From the NCBI GenBank assembly GCA_965649825.1, contig OZ287694.1, forward strand, positions 2,327,413 to 2,368,801: a DNA stretch of 41,389 bases, in the 5' to 3' direction. Of this stretch, positions 1 to 11,517 are shown in pieces. A program made the position numbers and the translations under genes. Under the pieces are notes generated by a model, which saw only the letters and a list, made by a program, of their open reading frames with translations, did not search any database and was not told where the DNA came from. The stretch is from Penicillus capitatus (taxonomy: Eukaryota > Plantae > Chlorophyta). How positions within the stretch are numbered: the first letter of the stretch is position 1; each line of letters begins with the position of its first letter.

Positions 1-210
1 ACTCGGATCCTGGAATGTCGTTTTGTCCATGCGTTTGCACCATCCACACCAGTCGGTATAGACGTCTATGAAGACCTTTTTCTGATGTGTTTTGTTGAGT
101 TCAACTGCCTCCTGCCAGGTCAACCATTTGATCTCACCGCCGTTAGGTGAAGTGCTGCTCATAAGCGACAGAGACGATATGAGAGTTATGGCGATGAGTA
201 ATTTGTTCAT
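1..210 (-). CDS. Thioredoxin-fold protein (CxxC), Bacteroidota-like, 5' part only (runs off window)
   Basis: Manual translation from ATG at 210: MNKLLIAITLISSLSLMSS...IKWLTWQEAVELNKTHQKKVFIDVYTDWCGWCKRMDKTTFQDPS. Signal-peptide-like N-terminus and WCGWC motif; divergent from ubiX. Confidence 0.85.
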   Translation of the reverse strand, partial: MNKLLIAITLISSLSLMSSTSPNGGEIKWLTWQEAVELNKTHQKKVFIDVYTDWCGWCKRMDKTTFQDPS

Positions 211-249
211 TTCTAATACTTTAGGACTTAGTATCACAACTACTAAACT

Positions 250-687
250 ATGAAAAAAATTGTGCTGGGAATTGGCGGTTCGAGCGGCTCAATCTATGCC
301 CGGTTGCTTCTTGAGCGCCTCGTCACGATACCTGATCAGGTCGCAGAATGCGCCATTGTCATGAGTCCCAATGCACATATCAACTGGTCATTAGAACAGG
401 GAGATGTTCATGTCAGTTCGTACGGCTATAAAGTTTATGAAAAGGATAACTTCTTCGCACCATTCGCCTCTGGCTCCGCCAAATATGACTCAATGGTGAT
501 ATGTCCGTGCAGCATGGGTGTCCTCGGCCGAATCGCGGCAGGAGTGTCAAATGACCTCATGACCCGCGCGGCCGATGTGATGTTGAAAGAACGAAGGCAA
601 CTCATTCTCGTCCCCCGCGAAACGCCATATAATTTGATTCATATCGACAACATGCGCACTGTTACAATGGCCGGGGGAATCATCTGA
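250..687 (+). CDS. ubiX: Flavin prenyltransferase UbiX, C-terminally truncated at an apparent junction
   Basis: GIGGSSGSIY, APFASGS, CPCSMGVLGRIAAG, RAADVMLKERRQLILVPRETP motifs. Stops at MAGGII*, before the conserved P-x-x-P-x-F-Y segment. Confidence 0.9.
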   Translation: MKKIVLGIGGSSGSIYARLLLERLVTIPDQVAECAIVMSPNAHINWSLEQGDVHVSSYGYKVYEKDNFFAPFASGSAKYDSMVICPCSMGVLGRIAAGVSNDLMTRAADVMLKERRQLILVPRETPYNLIHIDNMRTVTMAGGII

Positions 688-927
688 TCAAAATCCAAGG
701 CACTCCGACAAGCCCAAATTGAATATTTGACCAATGAAACATATGGTACTCCCCGTACAAAATCACCTTTCTTCTGGAGTTCCTGGGCCATTTATGGAGA
801 CAATGCCCCTATACCAGAAATAAACGGTTCGTTATTTGCAATTGATAATAAGTGGATGTTTATTTTAATTGGTTCAGCGCTTGTTTTTCTGATATTTTTC
901 TTCAGGGTTAAACGAAAGACAAACTAG
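688..927 (+). pseudogene. C-terminal fragment of a CHAT-domain (TPR-CHAT type) protein with a C-terminal TM helix
   Basis: Frame opens right after the ubiX stop: SKSKALRQAQIEYL...KSPFFWSSWAIYGDNAP, matching the CHAT tail ALRxAQ...PxxWAxFxxxG, then hydrophobic WMFILIGSALVFLIFFF-RVKRK. No N-terminal part is present. Confidence 0.7.
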
Positions 928-1017
928 ATTCCTAAGAATTGAAATTTACAAGTTAGATTAAAGCTAGAATTTCTTAAAGTAATCCATATATTCACGCAAA
1001 ATTTTGATCAGAAATTT

Positions 1018-1971
1018 ATGAAGGTTACCGAGCATTTTAAGCGAGCAAAAGATCAAACATTAGTATCATTCGAGGTACTCCCCCCGTTGAAAGGAGGAAG
1101 TATGCAGAATATCTTTGATGCATTGGATCCACTGATGGAGTTCAAACCCCCATTCATTGATGTCACTTATCATCGTGAAGAGTTTGTTTATAATATGAAA
1201 GAAAGTGGATATTATGAAAAAACGGCAATCAGAAAAAGACCTGGTACAGTAGGGATTTGTGCATCTATTATGCATCGTTATGGAGTAGATGCGATTCCTC
1301 ACCTTATATGTGGAGGATTTACATTGGAAGAAACAGAAAACGCTCTTATTGACCTGAATTTTCTAGGCATCGATAATGTACTTGCACTCCGTGGAGATGC
1401 GCGCCAATTTGAAAGTAAATTCACACCAGAAAAAGGTGGTCATAAATACGCCAAGGATTTAATAAAACAAATAGACAGCATGAACAATGGCATCTATTTG
1501 GATTCCAATATTGAAAATGGAGCAAACACTGATTTTTGTATTGGAGTTGCTGGCTACCCAGAAAAACATTTTGAAGCTCCAAATCTTAATATGGACATCG
1601 AGTATACCCGTCAAAAGATAGAAGCAGGTGGAGACTACATTGTTACTCAAATGTTTTTTGACAATCAACATTATTTCAAGTATGTCGAAGAGTGCAGAAA
1701 AGCGGGAATCACAGTGCCGATTGTTCCAGGCCTCAAACCACTTACTAGAAAGTATCAATTGAATTCAATCCCTAGAAAATTCTTTGTGAATATGCCCGAA
1801 GAATTTGTCAAGGAAGTTGAAAAAGCAAGCGGCGATCAAATTAAAGAAGTGGGAATCGAATGGTGCATTCATCAATCCAAAGAATTAAAAGAAGCAGGTG
1901 TACCTTGTCTTCATTATTATACTATGGGAGATTCGATCACTACAAAAAAGATCATAGAAGGCTTCGCGTAA
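1018..1971 (+). CDS. metF: 5,10-methylenetetrahydrofolate reductase
   Basis: SFEVLPP, FIDVTY, PHLICGG, LALRGD, GVAGYPEKH, KIEAGGDYIVTQMFFD, LHYYTM motifs; full length 317 aa. Confidence 0.97.
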   Translation: MKVTEHFKRAKDQTLVSFEVLPPLKGGSMQNIFDALDPLMEFKPPFIDVTYHREEFVYNMKESGYYEKTAIRKRPGTVGICASIMHRYGVDAIPHLICGGFTLEETENALIDLNFLGIDNVLALRGDARQFESKFTPEKGGHKYAKDLIKQIDSMNNGIYLDSNIENGANTDFCIGVAGYPEKHFEAPNLNMDIEYTRQKIEAGGDYIVTQMFFDNQHYFKYVEECRKAGITVPIVPGLKPLTRKYQLNSIPRKFFVNMPEEFVKEVEKASGDQIKEVGIEWCIHQSKELKEAGVPCLHYYTMGDSITTKKIIEGFA

Positions 1972-2353
1972 TTGATTCTTAATCATAACATCTTTCTTGC
2001 TAATAATATAATGCTCTTCTCTAGGTTTGATTAAAGTCTAAGTCGAAAGGCTTACAGGAGGGGAATTCAGAAGTAGACTAACTTTCAAAGAAGATAGCTC
2101 CTGAAATAACCAAGAGGTAAAAGAAGCGTGGCCCTGACTGGGTTTTGGGATGACTGAACGATCTAGGAGAGTGGCGACTATAGTCGACAAGAGAAGGAAG
2201 GCGAAAGGGGCAGGTGGCTTTAAGGCAGCCTTGCGTGCTGCATTGGGTCAGTCTAGATTTTTTTGGTTCGTTTTTTGGGCAATAAGACTGATTGATCTTT
2301 TATGCAAATAAAAGTGATAATGAAATTATCAAAAGAAAGAACACGATAGTGGA

Positions 2354-2385
2354 GGGCGGAATGAACGCCCGTCCTTGCGAAGGAC
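2354..2385. repeat. Two directly adjacent GC-rich hairpins in an AT-rich intergenic tract
   Basis: GGGCG-gaatgaa-CGCCC (2354-2370) immediately followed by GTCCTT-gcg-AAGGAC (2371-2385). Confidence 0.5.
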
Positions 2386-2582
2386 TTGTCTAGGTTGAAA
2401 ATAATACCTTGAATTTAGGCAAAATATAAGAAAACCGGGGTTTTAATTTAGGAGTAAAACCTATGCAAACATAGATTTATAAAGAATATTCCTAATTGTG
2501 AATATCCCTATTGGAAAATAAAATAGGAAGCATCTTTACGACACTTCCCATTAAAACTATTAGTTCAATTACTTGGTAATAA

Positions 2583-3035
2583 TTAAATAATAATGACAGC
2601 TACCTTATAAGAAGAACATTTGTCATTAAAACCTAAAATTCCAAGGTGTGGATGACTTATATTTCCCACAATATTACTATAGAATATTTTCTGTGTGTCT
2701 TGGAAATTTTTGTCATCATAAAGCGTAACTTTCAACTGCTTATTGCTATTGAAATCAGAAAGAGTTCCTTTCAAAGAAGTCGTTTTGTCATTAAATCCTT
2801 TTTTAAATGGATTCGTACTATACGAGTTTTTTAGATCTGAATCTGAATAACTTTGACCAAAACTTCTGCTTCGGGTTAGGTACCTGTCTTGATAAAAATT
2901 ATCGTCATACAGCGTTACCGACCAGTCATCAAATCTCTTTCCGATAGTGTTTGTCCCTTGTGATTCAGTGTACTCAACATCATTGGGATACAATGGAGAA
3001 TCCTGACTTGTCAAAACAGTAATGTCAAATCCATT
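2583..3035 (-). CDS. Beta/gamma-crystallin-like two-repeat protein (bacterial type), lacking its 5' end
   Basis: Internal repeat VTLYDDNFYQD...GFNDKTTSLK / VTLYDDKNFQD...GFNDKCSSYKV, matching the crystallin Greek-key VxLY...N/D-D-x-x-S/T-S motif. Frame is open to 3035 with no ATG; AT-rich. Confidence 0.75.
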   Translation of the reverse strand, partial: NGFDITVLTSQDSPLYPNDVEYTESQGTNTIGKRFDDWSVTLYDDNFYQDRYLTRSRSFGQSYSDSDLKNSYSTNPFKKGFNDKTTSLKGTLSDFNSNKQLKVTLYDDKNFQDTQKIFYSNIVGNISHPHLGILGFNDKCSSYKVAVIII

Positions 3036-3075
3036 TTACACTAGGTAATAAGAGAGACAGCCTCAACGCACATTA

Positions 3076-5440
3076 TCACGCCCGATCATGACGATCACCA
3101 CGCAAGTCTTGGAGCTCTCCCCGAACTTTAGCAACACTCACAATCTCGTTGTCCACTACTGGCCTTACGACGACCACACTTCCTGATGTCAACTCAATCT
3201 GCATTGAATTTAGAGCACTCATCCCACTCATTATGGACCTAGACGCACTTCGTTGACTGTCTTCTGCAGTCTGCGGATCTGTGCGATGCGATCATCGGGG
3301 TGCACAACGAAGAAGGAACAATCGATGTCTCTCATTCTATTATCCAGTGAACAGATGACATCGAAACACACGGAATGCAGACTGGAGTCTGTAGCCACCG
3401 TGATACTGCCAAGGTATTTCATCTTCTTTTTTCGCGGATCCATAAAGATGCAGAAGAGAAGGACGCTGTCTTGTGGACGATTTGCATCGAGAAGCTTGTC
3501 CGTCGGTTGAAGGTAGAAAGTAACCGAACGCTTTGCACTTTTCTTTTCGTCCACACTTAAGTCCCAGAGGCGAAAGTCAAGTTCTTCCAATGCGTCCACA
3601 CACACTGCTTTTGAAAAAGAACCATCTCTCTTTGCATTAAGAAGCCAAACTGTCGATCGAGATGAATCCAATCGCGCTTCTTCCTGAATCTGTAAATCGT
3701 CCAGATCCTTTGCGCCCGGTTGCATGCTAAGAGCATACTTTGTTTTTTACATCCTTCGGCGATGTGGTCGGAAAGAAGCGGAAAATGTACCTGGTCGGAA
3801 TGCCAAAGACATCCGTCGATGCATTTAACGCGACGTTTTTTCTTATGTCTTGGTCTTTGAGGACTCGGATACCGCCTGGTGAACTGTTCGTACGATCTTT
3901 GCACTGTACGGATTTATCGTCTCTCATGAATGAAAGACGCAGTCCAAGCTTCAACCATCCGTCGAGCAAGAAAGGCCTCACATCGATTTCTCTGGATTCT
4001 TCGAACAGAAAGTTACTCGACCCACAGTCTCTTCGACTCTCTGCATTCACACATTTGTGACGAAAGATAAACGCATTGTTCTGCAGTTCCATCTCCAGGA
4101 CAAACGTTTCGTTATCTCGCGCAGTTTTTATCCTTCGCTCCAATTGAACGGCGATTGGAGGGATGCTTACTTATCTCGTAACTCGACTCAAGAGAAGATT
4201 GATCGATAAGGAGTATCCGACATTCTATCGAAAGGTCAGTAAAGAGTGAATCTTTCCTCGTGACAATAAACCCCAACTCACTGTCTTCGCCGAATGCGCA
4301 ATGCACGCAGACATTCCTGAAAACGCGACAACAGTCTCTTCAGTTGTGTTCCATACAACAGAACGGGGACATCATTAAGTACCATTCTCCAGGAAAATGC
4401 ATATATTTCGCTCTATCCGTGTAAAAGACCTCTCCGTTCGATTGCGGCTTCAACCACAACTGCCACTGCAAACAAGACCTCAATTGTGAAAAACCTATTT
4501 GCTGTTTCGATGGGGACCATACCAATTTGTGAAAAATGTGTTTGCTAAGATCATAGTAGTTGTCTTCTTCTTGGAAAAATGCGATTTCGTCTTCTTTTCG
4601 ATACAACCGCACACGGTACTCAATCAGAAGGCCATGATCGAAAACCGTCTCCACGTTTGTACGGAACACTCCATAGTCACCATTCTGTTGAAGCATGGCG
4701 CATGGACCTATACGAAATTGATGAGGTTGATAGAAGCATCGCGAACAGGCAAGAAACCCGGAATGAAATCAGGTTTCTTTATAAGCCAGCAGCATTTCTG
4801 TTGATGCGTCTCGTCGACAGGACTGCGCAAGTGCCAGGATACGTCGATGCTTGGCTCTGAGTCGGCCTTCAGATTCAGACAAACAGTCCTGCGTATCACA
4901 CCAAAGCCTCAGGGACGTGGGAGATGTCCGTAAGGTGGTCGTCTTGCCAGTCGTATCCTAAAAAGGAAATCTCTTTCGTTTCGAGCGTCCAGTCGTCGCT
5001 TTTCGTAAAACGATTCTTCACTCCGACTAAATGGACCTGTCACAGCATAGGCGAAAGCGAGAATGTTGTCCGTAACGAAGGTGATAAAGACATACGGTGA
5101 GGATTCCTTGGTCCTCAGACTCCTTGACGCTTTTCAACTCGTAGCTGATTTCCAAGTCCTCCCCGCGCACGGAAGTGTAAGTCAGAACACCGTCTTCTTT
5201 ATGGAGCTTCTTCAGAAAAGAGAGATGTTCTTGAGCGACTTACGCTGCGAAGTTCCCATCCGTGTCCGTGAAGAAACAAAGAGTGTGTGAGGTAGGACGA
5301 TTTTGCAGAGCTTCTTGAAGTCACGAACGCGACACTGTACGAATCGCGTCCGCAAAAGCAAATGACCTTGTCGCTGTCGCTGAGTTGACGCATTCTGTCG
5401 TACACTGGAATGGCCAGAAAGCCATCGATGGCGACCCGTC
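3076..5440 (-). CDS. MATH-repeat + USP7-type UBL1/2 family gene, copy A (spliced, possibly pseudogenised)
   Basis: MATH-like HSLFLHGHGWELR, LQWQLWLKPQ...FPGEWYL and FLLDGWLKLGLRL segments. UBL-like IRVLKDQDIRKNV and LLFCIFMDPRKKKMKYLGSITV. GT-AG intron 3199-3248. In-frame TGA near 4340 where copy E is open. 5' boundary approximate. Confidence 0.7.
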
Positions 5441-7405
5441 GACAGCTGAATGCAGTTCGCACGATCGTTCCACTGAACAAACAACGACTGCAGCGTCAAA
5501 TAGTCGCTATGCAACGCTCATACGTACCAGGCAGTAGAACTGCATCTTTGCAAGGCTTTCCTTAACGACGGTGTTCATCGATTCCGTAGATGCAGGGTAG
5601 CATAAAGTGTCTGTATGTCAATCAGATGTCCACTGCTGTGCCTCTTTACTTCGGAATGGTAGCACTGTCGTGATGGACTGATCCATACAGCTGAACGCAC
5701 GTTAATGTGCCTCTAGAAATGTACCATCGACGAGATTTGTGGATGCGAAACAGCAGGAGCTGCGAAAGAGATTCCAAGGCACAACGATTGAAGCAGGCAC
5801 TTGCATCTCGTCTCGTCGTCCAGGACGTCTCCTATCTCATACCCCATCAGCCAACATACCGCGTCTATCCGAACACACACAGTTAGAGCGGGATGGATCC
5901 CAGAGCAGCTTCTGCTTTACCTTCGGCATCAGTGTTACGGGACCGTCGTTGCCTTAAACCACGAGCAGTCGAGCGTCCATAGAACAGACATGCTCGACAC
6001 CATGTCCCGAGAAAGAAAAGGGGAACAAGATACTTGCGCTTCTGAAACTCGTCCGGCTTCCGGTCGATTCCATTCTGCAAACCATCCGTTGCGATCTTCT
6101 GACAAAACAGGCACGTCATCTCTGTTAATTGGACAGACGAGCGAGACAATGCGGTGTATAAACACAACGCAACGATCAAAGTTCGTCATGTGTGTTGTGC
6201 TTTGAAGCGACGTTTCGCTGACTCACCTGCTGGAGTATGAGTTCTGCTGCGACAGCGAGACGTCTATCTTCTTCGGTCCATGCAATGCCTTGTGTAAATG
6301 TCAGGTGCACGAAACAAATGAGCGTTTCTGCAAAGGACTCATGCATTTTCACGGCGGAGAGCACTTCTCTCAAACTTTTCGTTTGGTTGTAGGGTCAAAT
6401 CTTTTGCAAAGGTAAGTTTGAGCCGCCAGATTCCTTTTCATAGGTTTTCCTATTGAAGGTACTTATTCACACGGCATCTCTCGCAAAAATTTCGAACAAA
6501 ACGACGAAAGCGAATGCACATTCAACTTTTACGTTCGAAAATCTGATTTGGATGAAGCTTCGTTTCAGCAGAGAACGGACTCGATCAAGTAATAACGTAG
6601 TTAGGTGATCAAGGACGACTCTACGACGTTTCTTCAGAGAGACGTGACACGACGTCACAGACATGACGTGTAGTCGCGAACAATGCAAAACCAACGACTA
6701 GCATCCTCGTGGGATAATTGGCGAATCAGAACAGCTTTTGAAACATGGCGAAGAGCCCTCGTCCTTTCAAAAACACTAATGCTTTCTCTGAACATTAACT
6801 TTCTCGAGATTGGATCTATACTGCACGTACACTTCTTACTGGTCGTGTCACTTAATGCCGTTCGTTCTTCATTGGTTGATAATGAGGTCAGAAGTAAGCT
6901 TGCTTCGGGTGTAGCTACGGTTCGCCAACGACAGCGTTTTTCAGTAAGATCGTAAAGGACAAAGATCTGCCTGTCAGTGAGTGACTCTTTAATGGTATTA
7001 GTTTTCATGTATCGTTGAATGCGTCGAAGACCACGGTGGACAATTGCTAATCTTTCTAACACTGAAAATTGCGTCTTTTAACTTCAACAGCGTGACTTCG
7101 TCGACAGTCACTTTATCCAAAAACGAGATCAAAGCTAGAAAGTCTCTGAAATAGTTCCATAAAGGATTTGATAGGCAAGACACTTCGCAGGATTCTCTCG
7201 ATCGACACTGCAGGAGACATCTCGGCAGAAAAAAAACGACAGTCGCACACAGTGGGCCACCGACCGAGGGCGAAGATGAGGAGGAGCCTTAACACAGTTA
7301 AGCAAACGTGGGTGGATCAGTGCGGCGACACACAGTCCTGAGCATCTCAAAAACGACAACGCCGAGATAAACCAGAACGTCAACAACACAAAGATTCAAT
7401 CAAGA

Positions 7406-9650
7406 TTACACGCTCATATAGCTATTTATCGACGCCATAGCCCACATCAGATCTTCAGGAGGCGTGGAACGCAAACTTTGAAGCTCTCTGCGGAGTTTGT
7501 CAACATTCACGACCTCGTCTTCCTCGATTGGCCTGAGGATAATCACACTTCCCGATGTCATCCCACTCTGCATTGCACCCATTACTCGTTCGCATTCGGT
7601 ACGGCACAGACACACCTCTTTAACTGTCTTCTGGAATATTCGAATCTGTGTGATATGATCCTCGGGAGACACACAGAAGAATGAGCACTCCATGTCTTCC
7701 ACGCTTTCATCAAGTGCGCAGATGTCTCCGAAACAGACGGAATGCAAACTGGAATCTTCCAAGACTTCAATGCTTCCGAGGTAATCCATGTGTCTTGTCC
7801 GAGGATCCATGAAAATGCAGAACAGAAGAGTAAGATTTTTTGGAGGTCTCGCAGTCTGGTTCGTGTTTGATGATCCAACGTAGAAGGCGATCTTGTGGTT
7901 CTCTTCTGGTCCCTTCTGCACGCTCAACTCTGAGAGACGAAAGTCCAGTTCGTGTAAAGCATCCACGCACACCGCTTTCAGGATGACGCCACTTGTCCTT
8001 GCACATAGAAGCCAAAGAGGCAACTCAGATCGCGTCAAGTATGCATTTCTATCGATCTGCGGTTATCCACATTCTTTCTGCTTTCTGTTGAAAACGGAAT
8101 AGAACATACCATTTCTTTCACATCCTTCAACGGTTTGTCTGGAGGACACAAGTAAGAACATCTTCTTTGACTGGCAAAGATGTCTACTGAACGCTTAGTT
8201 CTCACATATTCGCTAATGTGATCGTCATCGAGCACTTCGATTTCGACTCCCGACATCGACGGGACAGGCTCGCATCTAGGAATTATCTTTCCAAAAAGCA
8301 AGATACGTAATCCAAGCTTCAGCCAGCCATCTTGCACAAAAGATTTCACATCCACGATTTCGGACCGTTGTAATGGAGTTGAATACTCCATCTGGGAAGA
8401 ATCTTGGAGCACTCTTCGATTCTCTGCAAACACATTCCCGTTATGAAACTCGATCTTTTGCCTTCTATTCGAATCGACAGCTATCCAATAGCTGCTTACT
8501 CACCTAATTTGAAGCTTAACTCCGGAGATGATTGGTTGATGAGAAGCATCCGGCATTCAACTGAAACCAAGTCCGGACCTGACAGGTCCATAAGAGAATA
8601 CTCTAACTTGCCATCTTCGGCATTCACACATTTCATGTAGAGTCCCCTGAAAAGCAGCAGTGGCAGTTTTCAGTCCTCCCACATCGAATAGGAAGAAACG
8701 ACGCAGACCATTCCCTCCCCCAGAGAATGAATCGATCTGACCAGAACAGAGTTTCATTTATTTCGGGTTTCAACCACAACTGCAACACAAGATTCAAGAA
8801 CGTACGTTATACTCAGGTGAGGAATCTTACCACAGAGAATACTTGTCTTCCACCTTGTTGGGTTATGAGTCTTTCGCCATTTTGATATATATGCACAAGA
8901 AGCGCAATAGAAAAGTCGTCATGAAACGTCTCCTCTTTCATCGGATAGGTCGCACCACACTGGCTATTCTTCTGAAGCTCGACGCTTGGACCTGGACGAA
9001 AATTGATGGCCGAGACGGGAGAACTTATTGACTAAGAGGAGACCGGGAACAAAATCGGGATAGGTCATCATCCAGCAGCATTGTGGTGATTGTCCTCTGT
9101 CGACATAACTGTGTAAGCGCCAGAATACGCTGATGCTGTCTGCCCGCCATTTACTCAAAGAAACAGTCCTGACGTCAAACAAAGTTATCAGCCACGTCTA
9201 GGATGTCTCTGGCAGTTTCGAACCAGTCATATCCCAGAAACGAAAATGGTTCCATCTCGCGCAGCTTCCAGTGATTTTTCATGGTTTTCTTGTTCGTTGA
9301 TATCTATCACAGTGAAAGTGTCAGTGTCGATAACGACGATGTTGGGGCATACTCGAACGATGCCTTGGTTTTCAGATTCCTCGGTAAATTTCAACTCATA
9401 CACGAAGAAATCATATTCGTTTCTCCAAAAAACTCCACCTTTTCGAAACGCGTTAGGGGGATGTACAAGGTAGGAGACGTTTCGAGCCACTTACGCTGTG
9501 AAGTTGTCATCTGTATGACTAGGAAACGAAGGGTACACGGCAGAACGGTGTTCGGCAGCGTTTTTTCGTAGCGACCTGCGTGACGCGATACGAAATCTGA
9601 TTGTTTAAAGAGATGCCGCTTTTGATGAGTCGGCGGTCCGATCGTATACA
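7406..9650 (-). pseudogene. MATH-repeat + USP7-type UBL family gene, copy B
   Basis: FVQDGWLKLGLRI, IEVLDDDHISEYV, LLFCIFMDPRTRHMDYLGSIEV and SGSVIILRP segments. Stops occur in the first MATH-like frame. Boundaries approximate. Confidence 0.7.
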
Positions 9651-10110
9651 AAAATAGCCTAGATGGTGATCCGGAGCGACCTTTCAACGGCCGGATCAAC
9701 TCGCTAGAGCGTTCCGCGTCGACTGTTACTGGATTGTGATCGATACCTGTGTCGAGATAATTCTTAGATGTCCTCGACACAGATTAGCAAACGTAGATGG
9801 GTCGTGCTGCGACATCCACCCAGTCCTAAACACTTCAAAAACGAGAACGTAAAGGAAAATCAGAGCGTCAAAAGTGTGAGGATTAATTAGGATTGGATGG
9901 ACGCTTATGAGCGTGTTATCCTTGTAATGTAAGTCACACAGTAAGCGTCACATCCGCAGAACGCATGGACTGCAAGTCTTGAAGCTTTTGGCGAACTTTG
10001 TCGACATTCACGACCTCGTCGTCCTTGATTGGCCATACGATAATCACACTTCCTGATGTAACCTCAGTCTGCATTGAATGTATCACACTCATCGCATTCA
10101 CTATGGATAG

Positions 10111-10263
10111 TGTCGTGCGCGCGGCGCGCTGCGCCGGGCGCCGTCGGCGCGCATGCGGATGCGAGGCGGCTGGAGAAACGGTGGGCGAACGCGGATTAAT
10201 GATTAATTCTATGTCTTTGATTCTGCAGACTAGTCTCTGACTTGCCGTCGTTTCAGTCCATCA
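10111..10263. mobile_element. 153-bp solo-LTR-like insertion (TG...CA) with 5-bp target-site duplication
   Basis: GATAG at 10106-10110 and 10264-10268. The insert starts TGTCG and ends CATCA. It is absent from the homologous ~50-nt intron of copy A. Confidence 0.7.
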
Positions 10264-11517
10264 GATAGACATGAACACACTTCTTTGATTGTCTTCTGAA
10301 ATTTGCGGATCCGCGTAATGCGATCCTCGGGATGCATACAGAAGAAGGAGCATTCGATGTCTCTCATTCCTTCATCCAGTGAACAGATGTCACCGAAGCA
10401 AACGGAATGCAGACTGGAATCTTCAACCACTTCGACACTGCCAAGGTAAGTCATTTTCTTCGTCCGAGGATCCATAAAGATGCAGAACAGAAGAATCCAA
10501 TCTTGTGGTCTTCGTGTGCATCGCCAGTCGTCGAGTGGCGTGTAGAAGACAATCGTATGTGTCTTGTACACACTTTCTTCCACACTCAATTCACACAAAC
10601 GAAAATCGAGTTCTTCGAATGCCTCTATACGCACTGCTTTCGAAACGACTCCATTTCGCCTTGCGTACAGTAACCACAGGGATGGGTAGCATCCAAGATA
10701 TTCCGCGTCTCTATCGATCTGCAGACGTCCAAGATGTGTTACCTCATGAAAATCTATTGGACACGCATACCATCTTCTTCACATTGTATAGCCGTGTTCT
10801 CGGAGAGCAGATGTAAACATAGCTGCTGGGAGTGGCATAGACGTTTGTCGAGCTCTCCGTCTCTACACGTTTTCTTATGTCCCCGTCGTTAAGCACTCTG
10901 ATCCCGACTCTCGGGTCCAACAAATTAAGGCCATTATAGTGTCTCCGAACTTCTTCGTCCGGCGACCCAAAGGTCACTGGCATCGTCATGACATACGGAT
11001 CTGTGATAATCGAAAAACACAGTCCTATCTTTAACCAGCCATCGCGCATGAAAGACTTCACATCCGTCTTCTTTGTTTGCCGAAGTCCACAGGAATCAAG
11101 ATTCATGGACCCATCTTCTGGACAATACTTGTCTTCTGCAAACACACGCCAGTCGAGAAGGTACTCTACTTCGTCGCGCTATCTCGCAGAATCAGCATCT
11201 CATTGTCTCGCGTTTCTTTTTCGTTATGGCCATTGGCTGAACGGCAACTAAAAGTAGGCTCACCTATCTTGCAGCTCAGCTCTGGAGAGGCCTGGTCGAT
11301 GAGGACCATCCGGCACTTGAATTTAGGATAGTCTTTGTCCTTCGTCAAGAATGTGACGCGAAATCCGAACGCGTCCTCCCCAGTCGAGCAATGCATGTAG
11401 ATATCCCTGAACGGCAGCAGGTCGCCTTCTCCAATTCTCATAAAGAATGACGAAAAGCGTACCATGACCGTGTTTCGAGGTAACTCATTCCTTCCGTCCA
11501 GAACAGCGATTCGTCTA

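Noticed and set aside
1990-2260. Possible riboswitch or ncRNA after metF
   Set aside because: No recognisable SAM/cobalamin consensus, located downstream rather than upstream of metF, and probably across a junction.
1-3038. Horizontal transfer of a bacterial ubiX-metF block into a eukaryote
   Set aside because: Several mid-gene breaks and GC steps within 3 kb are better explained by assembly chimerism; it cannot be accepted without spanning reads.
6020-6110. BACK-like LLKLVRLP fragment
   Set aside because: Too short and flanked by stops; no upstream BACK motif found.
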